From Paraspadella gotoi (lineage: Eukaryota > Animalia > Chaetognatha): DNA of 64,000 nt. The translations under genes and the position numbers were made by a program. The notes beneath the pieces are model-generated. The model was given only the letters and a program-made list of their open reading frames with translations. It did no database searches and was not told the DNA's origin. This document shows, piece by piece, positions 1-13,091 of the stretch (position 1 is its first letter; each line of letters begins with the position of its first letter). The stretch spans positions 13,818,124-13,882,123 of the forward strand of contig CM119265.1 of assembly GCA_051294375.1 (NCBI GenBank). The letters run 5' to 3'.

Positions 1-864
1 TCCATTCACCTCTTCTTTCTTCACTTATTTCACGGCTTTTTTCCCTTCCCCGTTCTCACTTCCAAACACGGTGTGCTTCGGCGTTTTTTTTCTCCTCATT
101 CTTTTTCGCTCCGAGTGTGCACTGTGCAGGATAGGTGCAACACTGTGTGCAACATCCCATGCGCTTCACTCATATTTCACGCATCAATCTTTGCCACGTT
201 TTTATCTTTTTTTTTCCTCCTTCTCTCTTACTCTCTCTCTCCCTCTATCTCTCGCTCTCTCTCTTCCTCCCTCCCTTTTGAATATCATCCAAACTGCCCT
301 CATTATCCCTGATTACAGAACAAACCTGACGGTAATGAGGTAGTGAGAGATTAGGGATCTGAAAAATGAACTTTTACCTTTTTTCTTATTTCTTTTTACA
401 TTCGATTTTTTTTTCCCCGCTTCGTTTTCTCCGTAGCTCTGTATGATTTACTCTTTTTTTTTCAATCCGCGAGTCGAGTTTTTTTTTTTTCAAAATCTAT
501 TTTGAAAAAGATTAAATTCTGAACCATTCGTTTATTTTTCGTTGTTTGAGCGATAACCTCAACTAAAAGTAATATATTAGAAATAGTCTTAAATGGATAA
601 ATATTTGTAGACTAGTATAATATCTTATAGCATTATGCTTCGAATCAAGAAACCAAAATAACCATTATAACATTTTTGTTAAAAAAAAAGAAAGAAAACA
701 ATATTGTTTCGATTGAGTGAATTTGTTTGTTAAAAAATTAGCTATCGAGCGCCAACGTTAATTTCGGAATTAAAATTCCGAGGCGCGCTAAGTAGGCGTT
801 TCGAAGCAAGACCGGCCCTGTTGAACATTCGCTACGAGGATTTTAATCATTCGCGAGCATGTCG

Positions 865-969
<105 letters not shown>

Positions 970-1448
970 CGTTCTTCATCCCCCCTTAAAAAAAGTGGAA
1001 CGCTTTCTTCCTTGAACTTGTCAAAAATTCATCCTTTTCAATCAACGCGGTGACCGGGAGACGCGACGACGATGACGCCGGAAGAGACGCCGCCGCCGCC
1101 GCCGCCCCCGCCGCCGCCGTCATCGTCGCCTTTTCACCCACTTTCATCATCTTCTCTACTTTTTCTTCATTTTGGATCTTTTTTTTTTCTTTCTCTTCTT
1201 TTGTTCCTTTATGTCCTTTTATGGTCCGTTCCCTTTCTTTATTTCTTTCTCTCCTCTCTTCTCTTTTTTTTTTTGATCCTCTTTCCATCCATCGCTTTTA
1301 ACATCCTCTTCTTCTTTTTTATACATATTAGATTTTTTGATGAACATTGCTTTTTCTTATTATTTTTTTTTTAACGCTGAAACGATTTTTGTTGCTCCAT
1401 TTATCAACAAAGATTTTCTTCCTCTGTTTTTTTGTTTTTTTTTTATTT

Positions 1449-2525
1449 ACATTACGTCCAACCTTTTAGAAGAGAGATAAAGGAAAGAAAAAAACAACGG
1501 AGAAAGAAAAAAAAAAAGAGAGAAAAATGGAGAGAAATAGAAATCCTTTTATCATCCACCGTCGAGGAGTTCCCCGCTGATTTATTTTCCCTTCTTGTCC
1601 TTTTGTTCCTAAGCGCTTCTGTTCTGAGCGACAGCGACGACGACAGCGCCCCTGGTGAGACGAAATGAACAACGAAGCCGCGCGGGGGAAAACTGAGAGA
1701 GAGAGGATGGTGAATGAAAGGACGAGATGAAGAAGGTAGTGGTGGAAAAGAGAGTGCTATGTGGGGGAACGTGGAGCGGGTGGAGCGCGCGTGAAGTGAA
1801 AAGACGAGTTAAGGAGCGGTTGTGAGTCGGAAATTGGCAAAGAGCGTTGGAGTGAAACGGGCTATGGAGGCGATTTAGGTGACAGGCAGCGAAACGCTTA
1901 AAGTGATTGGAAAACAAGAAGAGAAGGCAAGGAGAGCGTCTCCGCGCGGAAAGAATTAAAATGGCGAAAAGAGACGAAAACAAAGAACTAAAAGAGGGCG
2001 GAGATTGGCCGCGAATTAACTAATTTGGTAAGAGAAGGATCGTTTCATTAAGTTTGTGTCATTAAAATTTCAAATTAAAGGTGAATGTAAAATTGCTTTC
2101 TCCCAAACTTAGATCATCATAATAATAATCATCAACGTTATAATAATCTTCACCATCAGCGAGCATCATCATCATCTTCATCACATCATCATCATCATCA
2201 TCATCATCAATCATCATCGCTTTAATCAATCTGTACTTATAATTTTTGAATTATTATTATTCATCTATCAAATTCAGAAAACCGAAAATTTGCTTCAGCG
2301 ACTCCTTAAAATCACGAGCCGGTCAGTTCATCTTCAGGGATGGAAGAAAAAGGAATGAGGGGAAAAAAGAAAAAAAAAGAAGAAAAAAAAAACCGCAAAT
2401 GAGGGGAAGAACGATTTCGAAGGCTGAATGACCCTTCATCAATTATTCATAAATTCACATTCATAAATGAGGTTCCTCCTCATTGCAAAAGGAAGCGAGG
2501 GAGAGCGAGAGGAGGAGAAAAGGAG

Positions 2526-2606
<81 letters not shown>

Positions 2607-2804
2607 TGAGAGTAAGGAGAGAGAAGAGAGAGAGAGAGAGAGATTTAGGAAATGAGAGAATTGAGGAAAGTAGAGAGTGAGCAGAGTTGATTGACCAGGG
2701 GTTGAAAGGTAGGTAATTGTGTAAGTATAAAAAAAAAAAAAACATAAATAAGNNNNNNNNNNNNNNNNNNNNNNNNNCGAGGGGAGCGAGAGGAGGAGAA
2801 AAGG

Positions 2805-2868
<64 letters not shown>

Positions 2869-2999
2869 AGAGAGAGAGAGAGAGAGAGAGATTGGAGGAA
2901 TAAGAAAGAAGTGAGCAGAGTTGATGCAAAAATTTGAAAGGTGTAATTGTGTAAGTATAAAAAAAAAAAAAACATAAGAAAAAAGGTTGGACGTAATGT
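1449..2999. mobile_element. Putative non-autonomous DNA transposon with 19-bp perfect terminal inverted repeats
   Basis: acattacgtccaacctttt (1449-1467) is the exact reverse complement of aaaaggttggacgtaatgt (2981-2999). About 1 kb of the interior recurs at 12767-13799. No transposase ORF. TSD is ambiguous (ttttattt / ttttagtg). Confidence 0.5.
1479..2503 (+). repeat. Left arm of a ~1.03-kb long inverted repeat
   Basis: Aligns along its length to the reverse complement of 12767-13799. The ORF track gives the same peptide LKSRAGQFIFRDGRKRNEGKKE...PQMRGRTISKAE at 2246+ and 12839-. Confidence 0.95.
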
Positions 3000-3375
3000 T
3001 TTTAGTGAACGGAATGAGTGAAGCTCAAAGAGTAGTGAAGAGAGAACGGTTTAATTCCAATGTGTTGCGCCGCAGTTTACTTTATTTTCACGTGTATTTT
3101 CTCTTCTTGAATCACCATTGAATATGACATGACATGGACATGACTAAAGAACTTTTTGCCCGTGTATTGATGACATGCACTGCATACAAAATTCCGTCAT
3201 TTATTCTTTATAGTTTAGGAATTTCCTGAAGGCGGCGCTAGCAGGCCTTTAGATATGAGGTTTTCTGTCTTAAACAAATGAGCAACCATCTATTGACAGA
3301 CAGGACCGGTACGGATAGGACATACCGATCCGACGGGACCGACAGACCGACCGAGTACTCGCGCGCAACTAAAAA
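3000..3375. mobile_element. Degenerate DINE-1/Helentron-associated (HINE)-like element
   Basis: Begins ttttagt and ends gcgcgcaactaaaaa (short inverted ends in T/A runs), with a decayed (GACA/GACC/GACG)n tract at about 3295-3352. This layout is typical of non-autonomous Helentrons. Family call is inference. Confidence 0.3.
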
Positions 3376-3519
3376 TGAATTATTTAAACTAAATAAATAA
3401 AAAAAGCTTCCTAACTCAACAAGTCAACCAATAAAAAGGTTATTTACTCTTTCCTATCACTACAGATAAAACGGAGCCATACACAGAGTTAATCGGAAGG
3501 CGACAAAAAGCGCTCGACG

Positions 3520-3593
<74 letters not shown>

Positions 3594-5340
3594 CCGCCGT
3601 CGACTGCATTGATTGATGTTCACTTGTCATTGGTCCAGAATCCGAATTCGAGATGATTCGATTACATCGCCGCGTTGGCGACGACAGAGTTGAGGATCTA
3701 GAAAGGAGATGAGAGAGTGATGAGAGAGAGATAGTAAGGGGTGGGAGAGAGAGGGCAGGAGAGAGAGAGACGGAGACTGGCGTCATCGAAAAAAGAGGCA
3801 AAAAAGGTCTTTCCTTGGGGGGGCAGGGAAAGAGATGTAAAAGATAAAGGAGACTAAGGACAGGAGAGATAGAGTGAGCTACGAGTAGAGAGAGAGAGAG
3901 AGAACTGAACGATAACATGGTAGAGCTAGAAGCCTATGATAAGTGTTTGAACATTAAGGCTGTAATTTTGAGCTCTAATGCCAAGAAAATCAATGGAATT
4001 TTTAAAACTTGCAAGCCTGTTTGTAATATATTTTTTTATAAGACCTTAATTATCAAACACAAAACAAAAATTCAATATTAAAGGTATTATATTGGTTAAC
4101 TTTTCATTGATGTTACATTTAAGTATGCTGGTCTGAGCAAATAAACCAGCTCATTTTTCTCCAATAAAATCGACTGAATTTTTTAAAAACGGAGTGCATC
4201 AGGTTCGACGCAACAAACTAGCGTTTCTGGATGGGGGAAAACCCTAATGAGCAGCCAAGAAAATTTTTATTTGTCGAATTTCTCGTTTCCTACACTAAAT
4301 TTGACACACTCTAAGAACTTTGCAGACGGTATCAGGAAACTTTCCATAGAATGATTATGGACTATTTTGGGTCGCAGATGAAAGGAGGTCTAGCAACGGT
4401 CCGGTGCGCCAGAAAGTGTACATCCGTCCTACAAACATATAGGTCGATTTTAAATTGTCACTCCGGCTTCATCTGTACTGGGTGGAAATGCGAGAGAGAT
4501 GGGAGAGAGAGAGAGAGTGAGAAGAGAAGACGAGAGAGAGAGAGAAAAGACGGAGAGAGAGATGGGGATGAATAAAAAATGAATTATGGTAATAAACACA
4601 AGCAGAAAAATAAAGAGAGAAAAAAAACAAAAGAGAAGATAAAGTTGTGAAGATTAGTGCCTTAAAAAATAGAAATGAGGGAAAAACGAAAACTACAAAA
4701 TATAATTAATAAAAGAATAAATTAAACTAGTAAAAACAGTTAAAAAAGTTAAGGAAGACCGTCCCGCGAGAGGAAAAAGTAAAGGTGTACCAAAGAAGCA
4801 GGGAACGCCCTTTAAAGTATGGCAACAAGTAATTCAGACCATCGAAAGGGGTTTTCAGTATTTTTTTTTAAATTATTTAACAATAGAGTATCTTAACTTT
4901 ACTCACTTTTCCTACTGTTTTGTTCCTAAGTTGTTTTCTGAGTCGACGATTGAGATCAGGATGACAAAAAGACGATGGAGTATCGGCGAACTTTATTTTC
5001 CAAAAGCATCCGATGTGTTATCTATGAAGATCCAATTTTGTTTTTACGTTTGTTGTTGAAAAAAAAGTATGACGTTAGAGTATTAAGCCCGGCATATTAG
5101 GGTTGTGCAAGGGTTTTAGAAGTAATTGGTAAAAATTTTAAAATTAAAATCAAATTTCAGGAATTAGAAAGAAACGGAAATGGGGGTTGCTTTTGTGCCA
5201 AAAAGAGAGGCGGAAAATTGATACAAACGATCTTTTTTGAGAAAAAAAGATGCGACGCAAAAACTTGGACGACTTTTCGTTAAATCTCTCTGTTCCCATG
5301 TTATGATGTCTGTCTGTTTCTCGTCTCTCTCTTCTCTCTG

Positions 5341-5387
<47 letters not shown>

Positions 5388-5402
5388 TGGCTTGGCTCTC
5401 TC

Positions 5403-5444
<42 letters not shown>

Positions 5445-5468
5445 TTCTCTCTCTCTCTCTCTCTCTCG

Positions 5469-5500
<32 letters not shown>

Positions 5501-7260
5501 TCTCTCTCTCACTCTCTCCTCTCTCTCTCTCTTTCTTCTCTTTTCTCTCTCTCTCTCTCACTCCTCTCTGTCTCTACTCTTCCGGATGAAATAATGTTGG
5601 ACGAATTCCAGCTGAAATATTATTCAAAGACTTCTCTCACGCTGGAAATAAACTCGTACACCCAAATCAGAGATAACCTTGGAACTCAGTCTTCCTTCTC
5701 TATTCCTCATCTCTTTCTTCTCGTTCTCTCTCTCTCTTCTCTCTCTAAGAATTCTCTCATCGTGCTCTCCTCTCGTCTCTCTCTCTCTCTCTCTCTTTTT
5801 CCAGTGTCAATCGCGTCTCCCTTTTGTTTACTCCATTTCTGTTTTCCCTTTTTGTTTACGATGACGAACTTCCGCTTCTTCCTGAGTGTTCGAAATTATT
5901 ATGTTTTTACTTTGGATCATTCTTGTTTTCATCGCGATAAAGCAAAGATAGACATGTTTTCATATCCTGCATAAACCTTTCATTTACATCGTAAGATATC
6001 GATCCTATCTCCTATTCCAATCTGAAGATTGTGTTCTCTTTTCTAACATTTCAAATACGATCAAGAATTCACATTCGTCGCTTTGCTCTAATTTCTCCAC
6101 TAATCTGGTTACCCTTAAGTGAAGCTTTGCTTTTAGTTCGATTGACTCCAGGTGGACTTTTCGGACAAGCGCCAGGTGGTTCCAGGCCTCCATCACTCAT
6201 TCAAAATTATCACTTTGACGAGGTCATCAAAATTGAGGACCCAGTGGGCTATCTTTTTAATTCTCCACGATCACTCTCTCCGCACGACAAGTAACTCGTG
6301 TTATTAACACTCGCCTGGCTAAGCTTATGAAGTTAGTAGCGATTACGGCCGTAAAACCCATATAAAAATTACTCCCACTTCATCCTCTATAAATAAGGCA
6401 ATCTTGCCCCTTGATTTTTGGACAGAACATTTTTTCAAAAGATATCCGCTTCCATTTTTTATAAAAAGCGACTCCCATTTCTTTTCGTATTAGACAAGGG
6501 AAGGGGATAGTATATTTGTACTCCACACTACTCCATTGATGGCTTTTTTTCACACGTTTTGTTCTGTATCACTATTTACGATCCGTTTAACTCACCGGAC
6601 CCCGGGGGTAGTTCTTATGAGAACGTGACAAAACAGAAAAAACTCCCTGATCTACCAGGGTGCGCGAGTTAACAGTGTTAAGATCTCTGAAAAGAAAGAC
6701 CTACACGTTGGCAATCCTCCTTTTCCCTCTTGCGTTCAAATTCATTAGCGGGATAGTGAAACTTAAACATAAAATATTATATAAAGTTTGTTATTACCAA
6801 AAAAGTAAAGTTGATTTTTTTTTTTTCGTCCTCTCTAATTTTTGGAACGGGTTTCAATACAGTATGACGTGTTGTATCTGAATACCGTCTCTCGTGCCGT
6901 GACCTGATCGTATACCCAAAATTTCTCCTAAGGTCAATAAACCCATATTTGTTACGGAAGTAGATCTTATCATTTATTCATTAAATCACTCTGGAATAAG
7001 ATGAAGACAATTCGAAGTGGCGTAAGCAACAACCCAACAAGTCAAGTCATGCTATGGCACGAGAAATACACCGTTGAAATAAAAAGTCACTGCGGCTTCA
7101 ACACATTTAATGGAACCGATCTTATTTTCATTTTCCAATAGGATTAAAAATTGGAAGAAGTCAAAATTCACTTTCAACTTTTTCATCTAACGAACGTCAT
7201 TAAAAACTTTCAAAGATGAAAAAAAAGAAATTAAACAAATCGTCATTTGCAAAAAAGGAC

Positions 7261-7349
7261 TACAACAATAACAACAACAAAACAACAACAACAACAAAAC
7301 AACAACAACAACAAACAACAACAAAACAACAACACAACCAAACAACAAC
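7261..7349 (+). repeat. Imperfect (AAC)n microsatellite directly upstream of ATG 7350
   Basis: Read directly from the sequence. Confidence 0.9.
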
Positions 7350-7979
7350 ATGCCTCGTTTCCTCGCTTTCTTCCTCTACCTCTTTTTCTTCTTACACTTC
7401 TCCTCCTCCTCCTTCCGCTTTCCCAAAGATTATCGTAGTCGGGCCATGTTGCCATCTTCCCCTCCTCCATCTTCCTCCTCCTCCTTCCCTCCTCCTCCCT
7501 CTTTCCGCCTCCGACGTGAAGGCGTTGCTCGAAACCTGACCAGGGTCTCGGGTTCGAGTCTGAGTTTCAGCGTGGAAGGACTGGAGCCTGCGGAGTTTTC
7601 GCGCCGCTGAAGAGATCGAGATAATTAAAGAACATCAGGGAGAAAGTTTTTTGAAAGCGGGGTGAGTTTGGCGGGTTGAAAAGAGATAGAGCAAGCAGTG
7701 GAGCAAGCAATTGAAACAATCATTCAAGATAGTTCTAGCTTCAATTTTAAATCTATCATTGAATATTATCCAATTTTTATTGATGTATTTCATCATTATG
7801 TTAAACATTCAAACGAACCAGATAGTCGCAATGATGGCAAGTTTCAACGAAAAGTGGCAACTGTGGGCCGCAAGATCTGCAAATTTCGTTTATTTGCGTC
7901 TTCGATTCCAAGATTATTGAGCAAAAAGTATACCACTGTGGTGCAGGTGAGAGAGAGAGAGAGAGAGAGGAGAGAGAGG

Positions 7980-8028
<49 letters not shown>

Positions 8029-11000
8029 GAGAGAGCAGAGAGAGAAAGAAAAGGAGAAAGTGTGAGCGCAGTTATCAATATCATTTACTTTACTTCAAAA
8101 ATTCTTAATCTCCTTTATTATCTCTCCCTTTCCTCCCTGCCATCTCTTTCTGCCCCTCCTTCCTCTCCCTCCCCTTCTTCTCTCCCTCCCCTTCCTCTCC
8201 CTTCTCCTCCCTCTTCCCTCTCTCCCCTTTCCTCCCCCAGCTTCTCCTTCCGACTTTCTTCCTGCCCGTCTCACCCTCCGACGTCGTATCTTCCTTCCGT
8301 TGCCGTCTTCCTTCGCTTTTCCTTTCGACGGAGACAAGAGAGTTCCTTTCATGCGCATTTTGGCGGCGGAGGTAGGAGGATGGTAAGTTTCGGCCATATT
8401 CCTGTGAAAGACTTCCCCGTTTCCGCCTTAAATTCAGAAATATATTATAAATTTTAAAAAGTTTGCAAGAATAGGGTTAGGTTAGGGCTAATTTATTTAA
8501 TTTAGGGGATTTTCTGGCGACTCAAATTGACTCCAGCGTTGAGGAAGACTTTCGTCGCAAGGATCCTTTCACGGAACTATACTGAAGTCTCAGCTTTATC
8601 CTCGTCGTCGTCGGCTGTATCTCTTTACTTTACATATTTTAAATACTATTTATTTTGGTAAAACCCTTAGGTTTAAAGATGTGCTAGGCGCTTTAAGATG
8701 TGATTGTTTAAAGGTTCGTTAAAAGATTTCGATTTTAAATATTGATTTTAAAATTATCTCCAGGAATAAGGGAATCGAAATGAGGGGTTTTCGGGTTGAA
8801 ACCAACTATATGCTCGGCAAGTTCACAATAATTGTTTAAGATGTAACATTTGTATTATATGTTCTACTCCATTAGGAATGTAACCCGATTAAAAATTATT
8901 TATGCTCACCCTCCTTATACATTTCTCCGTCACTTCATTCCTCGCAGAAAATGTATCAGCGACGAGGGTGGATAGCCTCATTATGCGGAAAGACTCGCAA
9001 GTAAAATTTCATTACTTGGAATACAATATCTTTTAAATACATTAGAAAAGTGGTTCATCTCTCTGTTCAATAATTTTAACCAATTTGTTACTCTTATAAC
9101 TTAAACTGGACCACCAAGTTCCCCCTATGTTATTTCAAAGATTTAATTTTTTCATCTCCCGTGAAACCAATTTAAAAAATACAATGATAAATAATAAATG
9201 ATAGTTCGTATTATAATTTTTTTTTGCCAAGGAGATTCCTTTAAAACTAGACACTCCGATTAGATACCTTCTTTGTCATTGCTTTGATTAAAAACCTGCT
9301 GAGGCTTTAAGGTCTTTAACCACGAATGGCCAAACCCGGCAGCTTTATTTCGTTTTTTTGCCCCACCATGCTACTATGTTCCCAATCCAATTATCTTTTA
9401 CTCCACTATCGCAACTCAACAAACGTTGCTCCTCTTACCTAGTCTTTAACTTACCCATGCCTTGACCTTACCCTCCCCCTCCCCTCCCAGCCCTCCGCCT
9501 GCCTCGCCTCACCCTCCTTTCGCTCAAACGAACGTCCGCCGTCACGGAATTCCTTACTCTTTGGACTCGCTCCCCCTCCACGCCGCCGTCGTGGCCAAAA
9601 GGTTGATGAGTGATTGATGGAGTCATTGATGGAGGCATTTCCGAGGATTGATAGAGGTTTTTGCATGGAGTGGGTTGACGGTGGTGGCCCGTGAAGGATT
9701 GTTTGTTTGAGTGTAGAAACGTGATAGTGGATTTGTTATGGTGTGTCTTGCGGTGCTGGAGTGGGATGATGTAGTCCCAATGGAGCAGATGTCGGACAGG
9801 GTGAAAGGTGTGAAGTAAAGAAAAAGGAGGGTGGTGATAAAATTTGTCCGTGGGGGTGGCGTAGTGAGGCAGCCACTCGAACATTACTTAGAGGACCCAA
9901 TTTACTGGCGTATTGGCTAATCATTTGAAGGGCTGCCACCCATTTTCCTTCATCAGCAAGAAATTATGACATCTAACCGCTAAAACGCGACATCTCACAT
10001 TAAAATAAAAAGGCCCTCGAACTCAATCTGCCAAAACAATTTTCTGTCATTCAAACCTCTACGAGACTCTCACAGTGCCCTCACCTTTTTTTCATTTACT
10101 CAAAGGCCTCGCGACAAACTTAATAGTCAGCGAGGTAATTTCTCCGCCGTCCCAACCCTGGCTAGGACCCTCTCACAGTGCCTCCCCCCCCTTTCGGTGT
10201 TTTTAACAAAGGGCGCCTTCGAACTCAGTCTTCGTTTCTTCACAATTCTCTTTGGTTGGTGATCCGGTGGAACTCAATCCTACCCCCGGCGTAACCTTCT
10301 TAGCATCGCGATTTCCTCTGGGCGGCGGGAGCCAACGCTCACCGTCGCGCGCTTGTCCTCCTCTTCCCTCTTCCTCCTCCTTCCTGGCCACGGCCGTGCA
10401 GGTCTGGGCGCTGGAACGCCCTGTCCGCTGTTTACATGCGAGCACGCGCTCGGCCAGAAGCCAACCAGTTCCGGCGGGAAGACGGAGCAGAGTGAGCGGC
10501 TCGGAGATTGCTTGCGGATTTTTGGACGGTGTGACGGAAGAGATGGATTCGAATTGATCGATCAATTTTATGGCGGGAAATCAATTCAATCATCAATTAA
10601 TAAATTGATAAATTATTGCAGTAAATCAATAAACTAAAGAATCAAATAATCCCTCAATTAACCAATCATAAAATTTTAAAAAGTATATTTTAACAAAAAA
10701 AAACAATCAATAAATGAATCTACAAGATCAATAAATTCAATCCCTTAAATCCATCAATCCCTCAATATTCACGGAATTAAATCAATCAAGCAATAGCCTA
10801 AAATGAATAAGATAAATCAATCTATCATTAATTTAAATCCCTTAAATTAATCAATCCCTTAAATCAATCAATAAATCAATTCAGATCATTTTTCCCAGGG
10901 CCGCGATCCTTCCTCCCCTTCTTCCTCTCCCTCCCTCGTTTCCTTCCCCGGCGTCGTCGGCGCGTCTCTCTCCTCGGACGGGCGCCGCGTCTCGGCCGAG

Positions 11001-11900
11001 TGGATCTTTTGGGTCAAAGCGGCGCCGTTGCCGAACTGGCGCCGATTCGCCACCTGGAGGCAGAACGAGACGGCGCTGATGCGTAGGATGAGGGTAAAGC
11101 TTCAAACTTCCTCACCCGTAAAATGTGTGTAATGCGTGACAACTTACGCAAAGACGGTGGAATTCGGTTCTGCGTGCCGCGGACTAAGAGGAGAGCGGGA
11201 AGAAAGAGAGATGAGCAGGTGAGAGAGATAGAGAGAGAGAGAAGATGGATGATTGATTCCAAAGATCGTCGTGAGAAGTAACGAATGGATGCGAGACGAG
11301 AGGAGAGACCGAAAAATAGGCGCACGATGGAGTATGAGAGAATAGAGGGAGAGAGACCGTGGCGCAGGGGCCAAGACAAATCATGGAGATGAAAAGAAAA
11401 AGAAGAGAAGAAAGAGGTGCGAAGGAGAGAAGGAGAGAAGGAAAGTACGGGGACTGCAGAAAAAACGCGAGGAATTGAGAGAGAAGGAAGAAGAAGGAAA
11501 CACAAGGGAGTCCAGCGAAAATGAGACCTATGGTGAAAGAAAAAATAAAAAGGAAACGGGAAGAAAAGGCAAGAGTCCGAGTATATCCAACCGATAGTAA
11601 GAAAGACAGAAAACTGTATAAAAAGTAAGGTATAATGGAAAAAGGCTCCTTCGATATTTCGACCTGTTAAAGCTTGAGGATTGCAGCTGAAGTTATCATG
11701 TAGGAGAGGGGTTAATGTCCGAATACAATCGGGCTTTTTAAACTCTGATAAGTAAAACTCCGCTCCACCAAACCGATGCGTCTGCAGGATCGCCGCGTCC
11801 GTCCAGCGAACCGCTCCGCTGCTGAGCTGTTTTTTCAATTTTATCCCTTGACGAAGAAAACGAGAAGGAAGAAGCTTGGTTTCCATCGCGTAAAATCAAG
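7350..11900 (+). pseudogene. Candidate multi-exon gene or pseudogene for a secreted protein, possibly CUB/sushi(CCP)-like; putative exons 7350-7661, 8241-8382, 9491-~9601, 10304-10491, 10899-11093, 11788-11900
   Basis: Six GC-rich islands in AT-rich DNA. The internal ones start right after a pyrimidine-rich yAG and most end at a GT donor (gtgagt 7662, gtaagt 8383, gtgagc 10492, gtaaag 11094). The ATG at 7350 gives a signal-peptide-like MPRFLAFFLYLFFFLHFSSS. A continuous frame needs several single-base indels. Domain resemblance is by eye only. Confidence 0.35.
10553..10882. repeat. Degenerate AT-rich (ATCA/AATC)n low-complexity array
   Basis: Many atcaat, aaatcaat and atccctcaat/atcccttaaat motifs. 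Confidence 0.7.
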
Positions 11901-12766
11901 GTCAGGAGGGAAGCGATTTATTAAAGTATTAGCGAAGATCGATATGCACATAAATAATGTGCAGAAGTTGAGGGGAGTATTTTTAATATTTAATTCAATT
12001 TTTTGAATTACAAAAACAGTGAACTAAGCCGGTATCTAACAATTTGTATACAAACGTTTTGAGGACCAAGACAGTAGAACGTGCTTAGTCTGCCAAGTTA
12101 CACAAAAATTTACGGCTTTCAAGAACGTTGCGAGAGTGTGTGGTGGTGTTGGTGTGTTTATTTTTATTTTCAAAATAATAAAGAATTCACAGGTGTTACA
12201 TAATGGACATAAAGTTGACATAAAATACATTGAGAGTAGACATCATTTGAAATAACCTTGTGATGTGAACTAAAAATGAGATAGTGCTAAAAATGAAAAT
12301 TCCTAAAACAAAACAATGATAATGACATTTCAAACAATGACGTAATGAATAAAGACCAAACATGGACTTTAGATATCGACTAAAATAACATGAATAAATG
12401 ACCCAAAGCTAATTAAAATTTACTCAAGCAACATTAATTATAACCAATGACATAAAGGGATTAAAATGATAAGTCACTCTAATTCCTCTTGCCCTCCTGT
12501 ATCGAAAAACTGTCCGTCCATTTATTTATTTTTGCTCTATACTTTGATAAAAAAAGTCTCATGTTTCCTGATTCTCAATACACCATCCAAATCTTACTTG
12601 CTCACTATACACTCCCTAAAACCACATACATTATACCTCAGAAATATTAATAAAACTTTGTTCATTTTACCTCCGTTACCATCGCCGCTTAGTCCTTATT
12701 CATAACAAAATGTAGATTTTTGTAGAACTTTTGTAAAAATTTTCCTTGCCAATAAAGTCTCAAATT

Positions 12767-13045
12767 CTCCCTCGCTTCCTTTTGCAATGAGGAGGAACCT
12801 CATTTATGAATGTGAATTTATGAATAATTGATGAAGGGTCATTCAGCCTTCGAAATCGTTCTTCCCCTCATTTGCGGTTTTTTTTCTTCTTCTTTCTTTT
12901 CTTCTTTTTTCCCCTCATTCCTTTTTCTTCCATCCCTGAAGATGAACTGACCGGCTCGTGATTTAAGGAGTCGCTGAAGCAAATTTTCAGTTCTCAATTT
13001 GAAGATGATGAATAAAGTAAAAATTATAATAAGACGACTCTTAAG

Positions 13046-13091
<46 letters not shown>

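Noticed and set aside
2491-2980. Direct repeat of about 200-260 bp on both sides of the gap at 2753-2777
   Set aside because: Flanks a 25-N gap and differs mainly in microsatellite length; best explained as contig overlap.
6303-6681. TTAA-bounded ends (ttaacact...agtgttaa; ttaactc...gagttaa) suggesting a piggyBac-like MITE
   Set aside because: The inverted match beyond TTAA is only 3-4 perfect bases, so it cannot be separated from chance.
7698-8108. 136-aa ORF with a donor-like CAG|gtgag near 7947
   Set aside because: GTG start, AT-rich, no recognisable motif, and it runs into (GA)n. Short CAGTGG/CCACTG ends suggest a decayed MITE, but there is no TSD.
11014-11886. 290-aa minus-strand ORF
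   Set aside because: Its F/S/L-rich composition reflects a purine-rich + strand tract; no domain recognised, and it is antisense to better splice-bounded islands.
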